From the NCBI GenBank assembly GCA_040390045.1, contig JAZJZC010000001.1, forward strand, positions 172,005 through 236,004: a stretch of 64,000 nt of DNA. Reading direction: 5' to 3'. The notes under the pieces are model-generated. The model worked only from the letters and a program-made list of their open reading frames with translations. It did not search any database and had not been told where the DNA came from. Shown piece after piece: positions 9,225 to 18,332 of the stretch. The translations under genes were made by a program, and so were the position numbers. Each line of letters starts with the position of its first letter. Positions within the stretch are counted from its first letter, which is position 1. Source of the DNA: Patescibacteria group bacterium. GTDB lineage: Bacteria > Patescibacteriota > Minisyncoccia > Phycocordibacterales > SIBU01.

Positions 9225-9258
9225 GCCCCGTTCGCTCTGCGAACGGGGCATTTTTTTT
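9225..9258. terminator. Bidirectional rho-independent terminator (gccccgttcgc/gcgaacggggc, T/A runs both sides)
   Basis: 11-bp stem with 3-nt loop, followed by tttttttt. Confidence 0.65.
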
Positions 9259-9288
9259 AACTAAACTCTAGTCAGACTTCACTTCAAA

Positions 9289-9954
9289 CTATTGAGTGCG
9301 GAACGTTGATGGAAGCGTGATGCTCACATTTCCAGAAGCGTCCGTAACATAGATCAAGTAGTAATACGTCGTAGCAGATTGCAAACCAGACAATACTACA
9401 TTTTGAGAAGTTCGGAGAGAACTATCGGTCATAGCGGTGTTACCACTGACATCAACCGTGTGCGGATTTTCATAGGTTGTAAGTGGTGTGGCACTGAAAT
9501 ATACAACTCCCTTTGCAAACTCGCTGGTGTTCCAAGAAACACTAGCGCTACTACTTGTTGTATTTACTCCAACACTTGAGATCACTGGTGCGTAGATATC
9601 TGCTCCGGTACTAACTCCCCCACCCATTTGGGCATTAAGAGCGGCAAGCGTCACAGGACCAACGCGTCCAACACTAGCGATACCGTTACGAGTTTGAAAA
9701 TTCGCAACAGCAGCACTGGTCAATGCGCCGAAATAACCCGAAACGATTCCTTGGGGATAGAGTGATGGATCTTTAGCGAGAAACAATTGAAGTGCAGAAA
9801 CATCGCTTCCCGACATACCAATATCGAGCTGGCGATTGAGCACTGCGGCGTGAGTGAGGAAAGGAATTGCGAAAGCCATGAAAGCTACCGCAACCAACCC
9901 AACTTGGACAAGAACATAATTCGATACTTTAGAAAAAGTTATGCTATTTGTCAT
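9289..9954 (-). CDS. Membrane-anchored surface protein with peptidoglycan-binding (PG_binding_1-like) domain and a fibronectin-III-like module
   Basis: N-terminal TM; SGSDVSALQLFLAKDPSLYPQGIVSGYFGALTSAAVANFQTRNGI matches the PG-binding domain pattern; C-terminal Ser/Thr-rich beta module. Confidence 0.55.
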   Translation of the reverse strand: MTNSITFSKVSNYVLVQVGLVAVAFMAFAIPFLTHAAVLNRQLDIGMSGSDVSALQLFLAKDPSLYPQGIVSGYFGALTSAAVANFQTRNGIASVGRVGPVTLAALNAQMGGGVSTGADIYAPVISSVGVNTTSSSASVSWNTSEFAKGVVYFSATPLTTYENPHTVDVSGNTAMTDSSLRTSQNVVLSGLQSATTYYYLIYVTDASGNVSITLPSTFRTQ

Positions 9955-10064
9955 GTTATTTTTTTTAATTTTAATTAATTTTTATTGTAATATACGCGTT
10001 CGACCACTTTCAGTACCTACCCCATATTTGCCGTTTGCACGACAGTAATATTACAGGATTTGTA

Positions 10065-10316
10065 CTACGCTCGTCGCAAAAATTTCACCGCGGCAATAAG
10101 TAGAACTGACCCGAGAATTGCCACCAAGAAGCTATAGAGATTAAACCCTGAAACATCGCTTCCGCCAGTAGCAGTCATAATCCAACCTCCGATGACTGCG
10201 CCCACAATACCGACGATCACATTGAGCACAATTCCCTGCTGTGCGTCCGTATTCATAATGAGAGACGCTACCCAACCGACGATACCCCCGAAAATAATCC
10301 AAAGTATAATTCCCAT
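10065..10316 (-). CDS. GlsB/YeaQ/YmgE-family stress-response membrane protein
   Basis: 83 aa; ILWIIFGGIVGWVASLIM...GIVGAVIGGWI pattern characteristic of this family. Confidence 0.8.
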   Translation of the reverse strand: MGIILWIIFGGIVGWVASLIMNTDAQQGIVLNVIVGIVGAVIGGWIMTATGGSDVSGFNLYSFLVAILGSVLLIAAVKFLRRA

Positions 10317-10342
10317 ATATTTTTAATTAGCTTGTAAACTCT

Positions 10343-10702
10343 TTACGCCTCCTCTTCGTGATTCAATTTTACTGCGGCTTCCGGCGTAGAAACCGTTTTA
10401 CCCATCACGAACATTTTGATAATTCCCATCGCCACAATCCAGTAGACAAGCATCGCGAGAAGTGTCGTCCATTCGAAGACACTGCCCTCAACGCTGGTAA
10501 CACGAAATACGTTGAGAAATGGGGCTGAAAAAATATACGTGGTGGAATAAATGAATTGAGTAAACCCTGCGCCAGCATTTGCTCCAAGAAGTTTCAAGAC
10601 AAATCGAAAGACAAGTAACACTTCAATGAGACCGAGAATGTACCAAACAATCTGCGTCCCTCGATACAATGGTTTAGTTGTCGGTGAATTAAATGAATCC
10701 AT
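10343..10702 (-). CDS. YggT-family membrane protein (putative)
   Basis: WYILGLIEVLLVFRFVLKLLGAN pattern; about three TM helices; 119 aa. Confidence 0.4.
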   Translation of the reverse strand: MDSFNSPTTKPLYRGTQIVWYILGLIEVLLVFRFVLKLLGANAGAGFTQFIYSTTYIFSAPFLNVFRVTSVEGSVFEWTTLLAMLVYWIVAMGIIKMFVMGKTVSTPEAAVKLNHEEEA

Positions 10703-10739
10703 AAATTTTGAAGTGAATTAAAATTGACGAGAATAAATT

Positions 10740-11831
10740 TTATTTTGTTCTAAACGTCACCTTATCTCCACGGACAGTACCTGAAGTGTTTTGTGCAACC
10801 AGTCGGAAATAATAATTGGTTTTACCAACGAGACCAGAAATGTTCTCGGCAACCGTTTTGTTTCCCGTGCTAACGCCAAGAGTTTTTTGGGGTGTAGTTC
10901 GGAGTAACACTGAACCTAAGAGCGAATCGGTGCTGTACTCAAACCAATAGGTGACTTCTTCACCGTTTGGATTGACCGTTCCGTTAAGACTTGCGGTTGA
11001 AGTGCCGACAGCGGTTGCAGAATTTGTGTTAACAGTCGGCAATGCTGGGCCAGCCGTTTTAAAGTTTAGAATTGCGCCGTTGACCGTACCGAATTGATTT
11101 TGTGCATTGAGTCGGAAATAGTAGGTTGTAGATGGAGTGAGATCAGAAAGTGAAATTGATACTGGCACTTTAGTTGATCCGTCACTTGCCGATTGAAAAG
11201 CGGTCACTCTTCCTAGGTCAGCACTTGTACCGAACTCAAACCAATACTGCGTAGCGGCCGAATTAGGATTCACTTCCCCATTTAGATTACTCGTAGTTCT
11301 TGATACTCCGCCAGCTGCAAGAGTTTTCGTAGTTGGTGCACTACCTACAGGCGCTGGATTGCCATGAGTTGTTTGAAATGAATATTGAGCACCTGAAACT
11401 CTACCGAATTGATTTTCAGCTGTTAATCGGAAGTAATACGTCGTATCTTTCGCTAAACCGGTGATGTAACCGGGAGCTGAAATCGAAACGAAACCTCCCC
11501 CAAGAGTTTGTTTTGGAGTCGTAAATGTATTGCTCATATTAGACGAAAGACTGTACTCGTACCAATAACTGGTGAAGGCGCCATTTGGAGTAACACGACC
11601 ATTAACGACTGCGGTTGTGTCAGAAGGCGTGACACCAACATTAGTAATCACCACCGGGAGTCCAGCCTTTTGTACTACTGGAGTCGGTGTTGGAGTTACT
11701 GGGGTAGAAGGTGTCGGAGTTACTGGTGTGCCATCCGATGGAGTAGTGCTATCTTTGGTTGCGAAAAAAATGATTCCCCCGATAACAACAACGGCAACAA
11801 CTGCTCCTACAATAGCTTTGGTTCCATTCAT
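10740..11831 (-). CDS. Surface protein with three tandem fibronectin-type-III-like repeats and a Pro/Thr-rich linker
   Basis: N-terminal TM; TPVTPTPSTPVTPTPTPV linker; three ~95-aa repeats each ending TTYYFRL..QNQFG.V.G....F.T. Confidence 0.6.
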   Translation of the reverse strand: MNGTKAIVGAVVAVVVIGGIIFFATKDSTTPSDGTPVTPTPSTPVTPTPTPVVQKAGLPVVITNVGVTPSDTTAVVNGRVTPNGAFTSYWYEYSLSSNMSNTFTTPKQTLGGGFVSISAPGYITGLAKDTTYYFRLTAENQFGRVSGAQYSFQTTHGNPAPVGSAPTTKTLAAGGVSRTTSNLNGEVNPNSAATQYWFEFGTSADLGRVTAFQSASDGSTKVPVSISLSDLTPSTTYYFRLNAQNQFGTVNGAILNFKTAGPALPTVNTNSATAVGTSTASLNGTVNPNGEEVTYWFEYSTDSLLGSVLLRTTPQKTLGVSTGNKTVAENISGLVGKTNYYFRLVAQNTSGTVRGDKVTFRTK

Positions 11832-11981
11832 ATTTTTTTTATTAAAATTTTTAACTGATAACGCTCACATAGAATAAGACGTCCGAAGGGTTAACACATT
11901 ACAGTCCATAAACGTACTGTAATATTTTGTGATGATGGCCGTCTGCAAAGGTAACAAATATTATTAATATTTTATAAAAAC

Positions 11982-12239
11982 ATGACAACAATCATCAACA
12001 CACCGCCACAAAATCAAAGCCCAGAAAGTACTGGAGCAGGAATTCTTATTGGTATTACAATCGTCATCTTGCTTGCCATCCTCTTCTTCTTGTTTGGCCT
12101 GCCCTATTTACGCAATCAACCAGCAACAGAAACTCCAGCCAAACCAGCCGCCTCTGTTGGTGCCGTTCTCAACATGGATACACCAAATAACTCTTCCGGT
12201 TCAAATACTGACGGGGTGGGAATGAAAAGTTCTTACTAA
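11982..12239 (+). CDS. Small membrane protein
   Basis: One TM helix; 85 aa. Confidence 0.35.
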   Translation: MTTIINTPPQNQSPESTGAGILIGITIVILLAILFFLFGLPYLRNQPATETPAKPAASVGAVLNMDTPNNSSGSNTDGVGMKSSY

Positions 12240-12250
12240 ATACTAAAAAA

Positions 12251-12287
12251 TACTCCCGCCGCGCTTTGCGCGGCGGGAGTATTTTCT
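12251..12287. terminator. Bidirectional terminator (actcccgccgcgc / gcgcggcgggagt) between convergent genes
   Basis: 13-bp GC-rich stem, tttg loop, flanking A/T runs. Confidence 0.65.
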
Positions 12288-12872
12288 TTACTTAGCTGCA
12301 ACCTTCACCTTGAGCTCCTCGATTTGTTTTTTCAATTCTGTAATAGAGATTTCCAGCTTTTGAGTTCTTGCAGAATGTTTGCTTTCAAACTGATTAACGT
12401 GTCCCGCCAACTGTTCAGCAACCGCGATCATTTCTGTAATATCTTCCATAGCGAGAAGAATTATCGGCGGAAAAAGTTCAGAATCTCCAGAGCCAACTCC
12501 GGTAACAAATCGTGAATGAATTTGTCTCGCATTTAATATCATCACCCTTGATCCGATAACGGGAAATTCATGAGCAACTTCAAATCCTTTGAAAAAAGTG
12601 TGCTTCGGTAAAATATCTTCGAGCAGTTTCCGGAGGGACGCAATATTCCACTGACCGTTGCCGAGCTCATAGACAATCTTCCCTTCCGTCTCTTTTTGGG
12701 TGACTTGAAACATTCTATAGAAAGGCTCATTAGCCGCCATTACTTTAAAATTTTTATCCAAAATCAATACCGGTTCTCTCACCACATCAACCACCGTTTT
12801 AATGTACGTCCAACTTTCTTCCCACAATCGCTCAAAAAAATCAGGTCCGATTTTGTTTTTATTTTTATCCAT
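12288..12872 (-). CDS. PAS-domain protein with C-terminal coiled coil
   Basis: PAS-like core (VLILDKNFKVMAANEPFYRMFQV...GKIVYEL); C-terminal heptad-rich segment. Confidence 0.5.
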   Translation of the reverse strand: MDKNKNKIGPDFFERLWEESWTYIKTVVDVVREPVLILDKNFKVMAANEPFYRMFQVTQKETEGKIVYELGNGQWNIASLRKLLEDILPKHTFFKGFEVAHEFPVIGSRVMILNARQIHSRFVTGVGSGDSELFPPIILLAMEDITEMIAVAEQLAGHVNQFESKHSARTQKLEISITELKKQIEELKVKVAAK

Positions 12873-13100
12873 AGTTCCCTAGCCGTTTGATGTCTAAAGT
12901 TATTGCAAAAAAAATCCTAGCTATGTTTTGTAAATCCTGCTACACTCTATATTCAGGAACCTACTCTTCAGCACACTGCACTACGCAGTGTAATGAACCA
13001 GAACTAAATCTGAGAGACTCCCCATAAACTCTCGAGGGAAAAATACAGCACCGAGCACAAACTGCCGAGTGACTGTAATAATTTCATAACCAAAAGCCGC

Positions 13101-13643
13101 TTGAAACGGCGATTATATATAATGACTCCAAAAGAAAAAATAGACCGACAAGAAATCTTGAGCGTGGCTCATACTGATTTTCAAAAGGGTCTCAACGCCC
13201 ACGCTTTTTTCAAGATCAGCAATCGCGCCTTGAGCGAAGACTTGGTGCAAATCACCTTCATGAAAACCTGGGTCTACCTCGTCAAAGGCGGAAAAATCGA
13301 CATCATGAAAGCCTTTCTCTACCACATTTTGAATCACCTGATCGTCGACGAACATCGGAAACATAAAACCACCTCGCTCGACGTCCTTATCGAAGAAGGT
13401 TTTGAACCCGCAGCCACCAACGACACCGAGCGTCTCTTAAATTTTCTCGACGGCAAAGGAGCCATTCTTTTAATCGCGCGTCTTCCCGAACCGTACAAAA
13501 AAATTATGCGGATGCGCTACGTCCAAGACCTGACACTCAAAGAAATGTCACTCATCACTGGTGAGTCAAAAAACACTATGGCAGTGCAAGCTCATCGAGG
13601 ACTCGAGAAACTAAAATTGCTGTATTCGAACGCCCTAGCGTAA
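13101..13643 (+). CDS. RNA polymerase sigma factor, sigma-70/ECF type
   Basis: Region 2-like FMKTWVYL; region 4 HTH (MRYVQDLTLKEMSLITGESKNTMAVQAHRGLEKL). Confidence 0.7.
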   Translation: MKRRLYIMTPKEKIDRQEILSVAHTDFQKGLNAHAFFKISNRALSEDLVQITFMKTWVYLVKGGKIDIMKAFLYHILNHLIVDEHRKHKTTSLDVLIEEGFEPAATNDTERLLNFLDGKGAILLIARLPEPYKKIMRMRYVQDLTLKEMSLITGESKNTMAVQAHRGLEKLKLLYSNALA

Positions 13644-13730
13644 AGAAAAAATTGATTTTTTATAGCAATTGCCTTTCTTAAAGGCTTGGATTATCATAAA
13701 AATTAGACACCTTGAAACTAGGAAAATCAC

Positions 13731-14864
13731 ATGAAAAGCAGAGAACAAATGGTCGAGTCATTGACTCATGCTGGAATTGCACTCCGCGGCCCTCGAGATC
13801 CTTTTGAGGGTTCGACTGTGAGAATTAACGACAATCGCACCTGGAGCCAGGTGGCACTTTGGGGGACTCGCGGGCTTGCGCGAGCCTACGAAAATGGTTG
13901 GTGGGACTGCGAGCGGCCCGATGTTGTTGTAGAGAAAGCTGTACAACACGGGCTTGACTCGAAACTGTTTTCATCATCACTCAGTGACCTTGCCTTGAAG
14001 ATCAGGGCGGCACTGTTTAACTTGCAGAGCAGGGCGAGAGCGTTCGTTGTCGGAGAGAAACATTACAATGCCGGTAACACACTTTTCGAAACCATGCTCG
14101 GGAAACATCCGCTCTACAGTTGTGCTTACTGGAGTGGCACACCTCGCGCGCAGACCCTCGATGATGCCCAGGAAGCCAAGCTTCATTTGATCTGCCGGAA
14201 ACTCAAGTTGAAAAGGGGCGATCATATTCTCGACATTGGCTGTGGTTTCGGGGAACTTCTCCGATTCGCCCACGAGCACTATGGTGTCACGGGAGTTGGA
14301 ATCACCATCTCGAAGGAGCAGGCGAAATTCGCACGGAAACTTGTCCATGGCTTGCCGATTGAAATTTGGGAGGTTGACTACCGCGACTTGCAAACAAGCC
14401 GAAAGTTTGACCGTGAGGTTTCGGTGGGTATGTTTGAGCATGTCGGGCAGAAAAATCACCGGGCGTTTTTTGAGATGGCACAACGTCACCTCAAACAAGA
14501 CGGCCTGTTCCTACTTCACACCATCACTGGCAGTGGTGAAGCCGATCCGTTTCTCAACGATGACATTTTTCCGGGGAGCGTCGTGCCGAGCCTAAAACAA
14601 GTCGAGCGGTCCGCGCAGCAAAGGTTTAAGCGTCTCGACCTTCACGAGTTTGGACGCGACTATGATCCAACCTGTTGCGAGTGGGAAAAAAATCTCAGCC
14701 ATGGATGGACGCGTATCGCGCACCTGTACAACAACGACGAAAAGTTTTTGCGCAGGTGGCGTCTCTATCTCTTGATGTCAGCCGGACTTTTCCGAGCAGG
14801 GAAAACCAGCGTGGCACAATTCGTCCTTTCCAACTGTGACTTTTCTTACGATCCGGTTCGGTAA
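13731..14864 (+). CDS. cfa: Cyclopropane-fatty-acyl-phospholipid synthase-family SAM-dependent methyltransferase
   Basis: SAM-binding motif ILDIGCGFGELLRFA; CFA-synthase signature SVGMFEHVG; gene is ~52% GC, above local background. Confidence 0.8.
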   Translation: MKSREQMVESLTHAGIALRGPRDPFEGSTVRINDNRTWSQVALWGTRGLARAYENGWWDCERPDVVVEKAVQHGLDSKLFSSSLSDLALKIRAALFNLQSRARAFVVGEKHYNAGNTLFETMLGKHPLYSCAYWSGTPRAQTLDDAQEAKLHLICRKLKLKRGDHILDIGCGFGELLRFAHEHYGVTGVGITISKEQAKFARKLVHGLPIEIWEVDYRDLQTSRKFDREVSVGMFEHVGQKNHRAFFEMAQRHLKQDGLFLLHTITGSGEADPFLNDDIFPGSVVPSLKQVERSAQQRFKRLDLHEFGRDYDPTCCEWEKNLSHGWTRIAHLYNNDEKFLRRWRLYLLMSAGLFRAGKTSVAQFVLSNCDFSYDPVR

Positions 14865-14874
14865 TTTAGTTTCG

Positions 14875-14910
14875 GCCCCGATTCGCAAAGCGAATCGGGG
14901 CTTTTCTTTT
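14875..14910. terminator. Terminator hairpin (gccccgattcg.caaag.cgaatcggggc) plus T-run
   Basis: 11-bp stem then cttttctttt. Confidence 0.65.
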
Positions 14911-15478
14911 AGCTAAAAATCCACTCCAAAATTTCTTCCCTCCCCTCTTTGGTTTTAGCTGAACAGGGAACAATCTTCAATCCTGGAATTTTTTCAGAAA
15001 TTTCCCGCAATTGAACACTGCGTTCTTTTTGATTGAGCGAATCAATTTTATTCGCGACCACCAAAACCTCTCTGCCGTGTTCAGAAAGTAACCGAAGCAT
15101 TTCAAGATCCATCGCGCTTGGCCCAACTTTACTATCGAGCACCAAAACTACTTTTCTTTTCGCAATCTCAATCCCGAGAAGATACCACTGAATCATTTTG
15201 CTTAGTTGGTCGCGCCGTTCAATCGACATGCGAGCAAAACCGTATCCCGGAAGATCAACAAAATAGCAATTGTTGTTTATGAGAAAAAAATTTATTTCTT
15301 GAGTCTTGCCCGGAGTTTTTCCGGAACGAACCAAATCCACCCGATTGAGAAGGGCGTTCATAAGACTCGACTTACCCACATTTGATCGCCCGACAAAAGC
15401 CACCTGAGGATGAGGCTCAAGTAAAATATCATCGGTTCCCCGTATACTTTTTTTAAACTCCGCGGATTTTATTTCCAT
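14909..15478 (-). CDS. engB: Ribosome biogenesis GTP-binding protein EngB/YsxC
   Basis: G1 motif GRSNVGKSSL; size and overall pattern of the EngB family. Confidence 0.85.
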   Translation of the reverse strand: MEIKSAEFKKSIRGTDDILLEPHPQVAFVGRSNVGKSSLMNALLNRVDLVRSGKTPGKTQEINFFLINNNCYFVDLPGYGFARMSIERRDQLSKMIQWYLLGIEIAKRKVVLVLDSKVGPSAMDLEMLRLLSEHGREVLVVANKIDSLNQKERSVQLREISEKIPGLKIVPCSAKTKEGREEILEWIFS

Positions 15479-15512
15479 GTCGGTGATTACAGTACGAATC
15501 GTGAATCAAAAA

Positions 15513-15959
15513 TTAGTGTGAATCGAGAAACATCTTCTTGACGTGCTCGACAATACTCATTGGCGTCACTAAAGCCTTAGTCAAGAATGAAGCGTTCAAA
15601 CTTTTTGCCCTTTCGCGATCCTGAACCTGATCGGTGTTTGAAACGATGAGGACTGCTAGATTTTTTGTAACAGGATCCTTTCGCAAACTTTCAAGCAAGT
15701 CGAGGCCGTTGACCCCCGGCAAAAAGATATCAAGCACCAACAAATCAGGAACGTCACTCTTAATTATCTCTTGTGCACCATCTCCCCGGTCAATCAAAAA
15801 AACCTTCATGCCAGACTGCTGTAGGTGTTTTGCGAGCAACTTGCCCAAAAAGACGTCATCTTCAACAATCACCACTTTTTTTCCAGAAATTACCGAATTA
15901 TCGATAATATTTTTCGGATCATCCGAGAAACTGTTGCCAATGCTTGAATTTTCAGCCAT
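15513..15959 (-). CDS. Single-domain response regulator (CheY-like receiver)
   Basis: KKVVIVEDD...phospho-acceptor Asp context (LLVLDIFLPGVNG)...conserved Lys region; no output domain. Confidence 0.75.
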   Translation of the reverse strand: MAENSSIGNSFSDDPKNIIDNSVISGKKVVIVEDDVFLGKLLAKHLQQSGMKVFLIDRGDGAQEIIKSDVPDLLVLDIFLPGVNGLDLLESLRKDPVTKNLAVLIVSNTDQVQDRERAKSLNASFLTKALVTPMSIVEHVKKMFLDSH

Positions 15960-16111
15960 AAGTTTAAATTAAATTGGAGTAACGTTTGATTTTGATAACC
16001 CTATTATTCTATCACTTCTAAAATTTATCGCACCTAGGCGCTGTAGTTACCCACTTGTGCCGCAATAGAGCGGGGATTACAATATTAGCTATTAGAAGTA
16101 ATCTACATTTT

Positions 16112-16795
16112 ATGGATAATATGATGATGATGGAGTCGACGGGACCTATGATCGGGATTTTTCATTTTGAGGTTTTTTTGATGCTCGCTTCGGGGGTGTT
16201 TTACCTCATCTGCGCAGCCCTCTTGTGGAAACCGTTCCGCCAAGAAAAAAATGAATTGATCGGAGCCTTGTTTGCCTTCCTCGTCTATCAGGCGATCAGC
16301 ATGTTCTTTATGGGAATGGAAATGCAAACCATGAACATGGTGTACAGCAACATCTCGAGCCTCGCGGTCTTTATCGGATCGGCCTTCATGCTCAAATTCC
16401 CTCTCAGTTCGTTCTCAGCCAGCACCAGAAAAATTGGTTTTCTTCTCTCGCTCATTGCCGTCTTGGGACTGTTCGCTTGGTTTATTCAGACCGAGGAAAG
16501 AGAAATGATGCTCATGAGTTTTACCCTCTGGTACGACATTGCTATCAACGGAATTATTGTCGGTGGTTCAATTATCGCCCTTGGTATAAACGCAGAACGC
16601 TGGATGCGCGTAAAAGCTTTCGGTGGAGGTTCAGGTGTTGTTGCCTGTTGTGTCCTTGCTAACGCCACTATGATTGGCGGCGCCATTCTAACTAGTTCAG
16701 TATTTCAGTTCGCCGCACCAGTTCTCATTCTAGGATCTCTTACCTACGCTCGAAAAAAACAAGCTGAAGAATCTCGAATGCAACCTGCAAACTAA
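16112..16795 (+). CDS. Polytopic membrane protein (start taken at ATG 16112; the ORF track begins at 16055)
   Basis: Seven or more hydrophobic helices; directly precedes the histidine kinase, so it may be a sensory membrane module. Confidence 0.45.
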   Translation: MDNMMMMESTGPMIGIFHFEVFLMLASGVFYLICAALLWKPFRQEKNELIGALFAFLVYQAISMFFMGMEMQTMNMVYSNISSLAVFIGSAFMLKFPLSSFSASTRKIGFLLSLIAVLGLFAWFIQTEEREMMLMSFTLWYDIAINGIIVGGSIIALGINAERWMRVKAFGGGSGVVACCVLANATMIGGAILTSSVFQFAAPVLILGSLTYARKKQAEESRMQPAN

Positions 16796-16802
16796 GGATT
16801 TC

Positions 16803-17744
16803 ATGGCTGAAAAAGTTGAAAAAATAATTTTTTACATCCTCGGAGGTGTCGGCGGGGCTGTCTTAGGATTCATCGTCCTTTCTTTCCGCATGTCCTACTT
16901 CGCCAACGAAAATCACTCGTTCGTCGTTGCCATTACATCTCTCATTGGTGTTCTGGTTTCTATCATTTTTGTTAATTACGAAAAACAAAAAACTCTCAAA
17001 ACAAACAGCGCTGTGCGAGATGAAACTGTTGCTCTCATCACCCATGAAATGAAAACGGGACTCACCTCAACTGGCTGGGCCATCGAAATGATTCTTCAAA
17101 ATTACGGAAAAGCCATAACTGAAGAAGACAAAAAAATGCTTGAAGGTGTCGTCAATTCGATTTACACGACCATCATGCACTCGGTTAACCTGCTCGACGT
17201 CAGTTTGCTCGACATAGGAAAATTGAAAATATCACTGGAAAAATTTGACCTCAAGGAAATCGAGCAAAACCTCAAAGAAACTATCGAAAAATACGCCTTC
17301 GGTGCGCAAAAGAAAGGTATACATCTCACCTCGGAAATCCACTTGAACCACGAGAGTTTAGTTGAGGTGGATTTACTGCGCCTACGCATTATTCTAGAAA
17401 ATCTTTTGGAAAATGCTTTGCAATATACACTTGGTGACATTCGAGAAATCGCGGTGCACATCGGCAACGATGAAAAAACCTTGAACATTTCAGTCAGTGA
17501 TAGCGGTATCGGCATTCCCGAAGCTGAAAAAGAAAAAATTTTCTTAAAATTTTTCCGCGCCAGCAACGCCAAAAAAGAATTAAACAGCGGTAGTGGCATT
17601 GGACTCTATATGACCGATCAATACATCAAAGCCCACCGAGGTTCTATTCGTTTCGAAACAGAACTCGGCAAAGGAACAACCTTCTACGTTTCCATACCAC
17701 TTAAAACTGCGGCGAATGTCGGCGAATTTCTAACAAAAATTTAA
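16803..17744 (+). CDS. Sensor histidine kinase
   Basis: One TM; HisKA H-box ITHEMKTGL; HATPase_c N/G boxes (ENALQY, SDSGIGIP, GSGIGLY). Confidence 0.8.
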   Translation: MAEKVEKIIFYILGGVGGAVLGFIVLSFRMSYFANENHSFVVAITSLIGVLVSIIFVNYEKQKTLKTNSAVRDETVALITHEMKTGLTSTGWAIEMILQNYGKAITEEDKKMLEGVVNSIYTTIMHSVNLLDVSLLDIGKLKISLEKFDLKEIEQNLKETIEKYAFGAQKKGIHLTSEIHLNHESLVEVDLLRLRIILENLLENALQYTLGDIREIAVHIGNDEKTLNISVSDSGIGIPEAEKEKIFLKFFRASNAKKELNSGSGIGLYMTDQYIKAHRGSIRFETELGKGTTFYVSIPLKTAANVGEFLTKI

Positions 17745-17761
17745 AATTGAGAATGCAGGCG

Positions 17762-18259
17762 TTACGCGCTGCCAATTAATAGTCCCGCCACAAGAACAAG
17801 TGCTCCTCCGAAAACCACTTGCACCACTGAAAGCCAAAAGCTGGTTTTAAAATAGCGATATCTAATGTAGGCGATAGCCACGAGCTCGATACCAACAACA
17901 ATGTAGGCGAGGTAGAGCGCGAGATGTAAATTGGAAATAAGAAAAGGCAAGGTGTGTAAAATGCCTCCCAGAAAAGTCATTGAACCGATGATGAGTCCCC
18001 GAATAAAAGGATGACCGCGACCGGTGTGCTCCCCATTGTCTGAAAGAGCCTCGGCAAATGCCATACTGATAGCCGCACCCGTAGCCGCAGAAGCACCAAT
18101 CAAAAAAGCTAATCGAGGACTGCTCGTCGCATAGGCGGCAGCAAAAATTGGCGCAAGCGTTGATACCGAACCGTCCATAAGTCCCGCGAGCCCTGGCTGA
18201 ACCACCTTGAGCAAAAAAGCTCGGTCGATATGTTCTTGGGATTGTGTCTGTGATTCCAT
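17762..18259 (-). CDS. VIT1/CCC1-family (iron/manganese transporter-like) membrane protein
   Basis: GLMDGSVSTLAPIFAAA... pattern of the VIT family; ~5 TM. Confidence 0.55.
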   Translation of the reverse strand: MESQTQSQEHIDRAFLLKVVQPGLAGLMDGSVSTLAPIFAAAYATSSPRLAFLIGASAATGAAISMAFAEALSDNGEHTGRGHPFIRGLIIGSMTFLGGILHTLPFLISNLHLALYLAYIVVGIELVAIAYIRYRYFKTSFWLSVVQVVFGGALVLVAGLLIGSA

Positions 18260-18332
18260 ACTATTTTTATCGTTTTAGTATAGCAATTCGATGACTAAAG
18301 TCATAATTCACAACGTGTAATTTTGTGCTAAA

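Noticed and set aside
16055-16111. Upstream extension of the polytopic membrane protein ORF
   Set aside because: The first 19 codons are not hydrophobic or conserved-looking; ATG 16112 (MDNMMMM...) immediately precedes the first TM segment.
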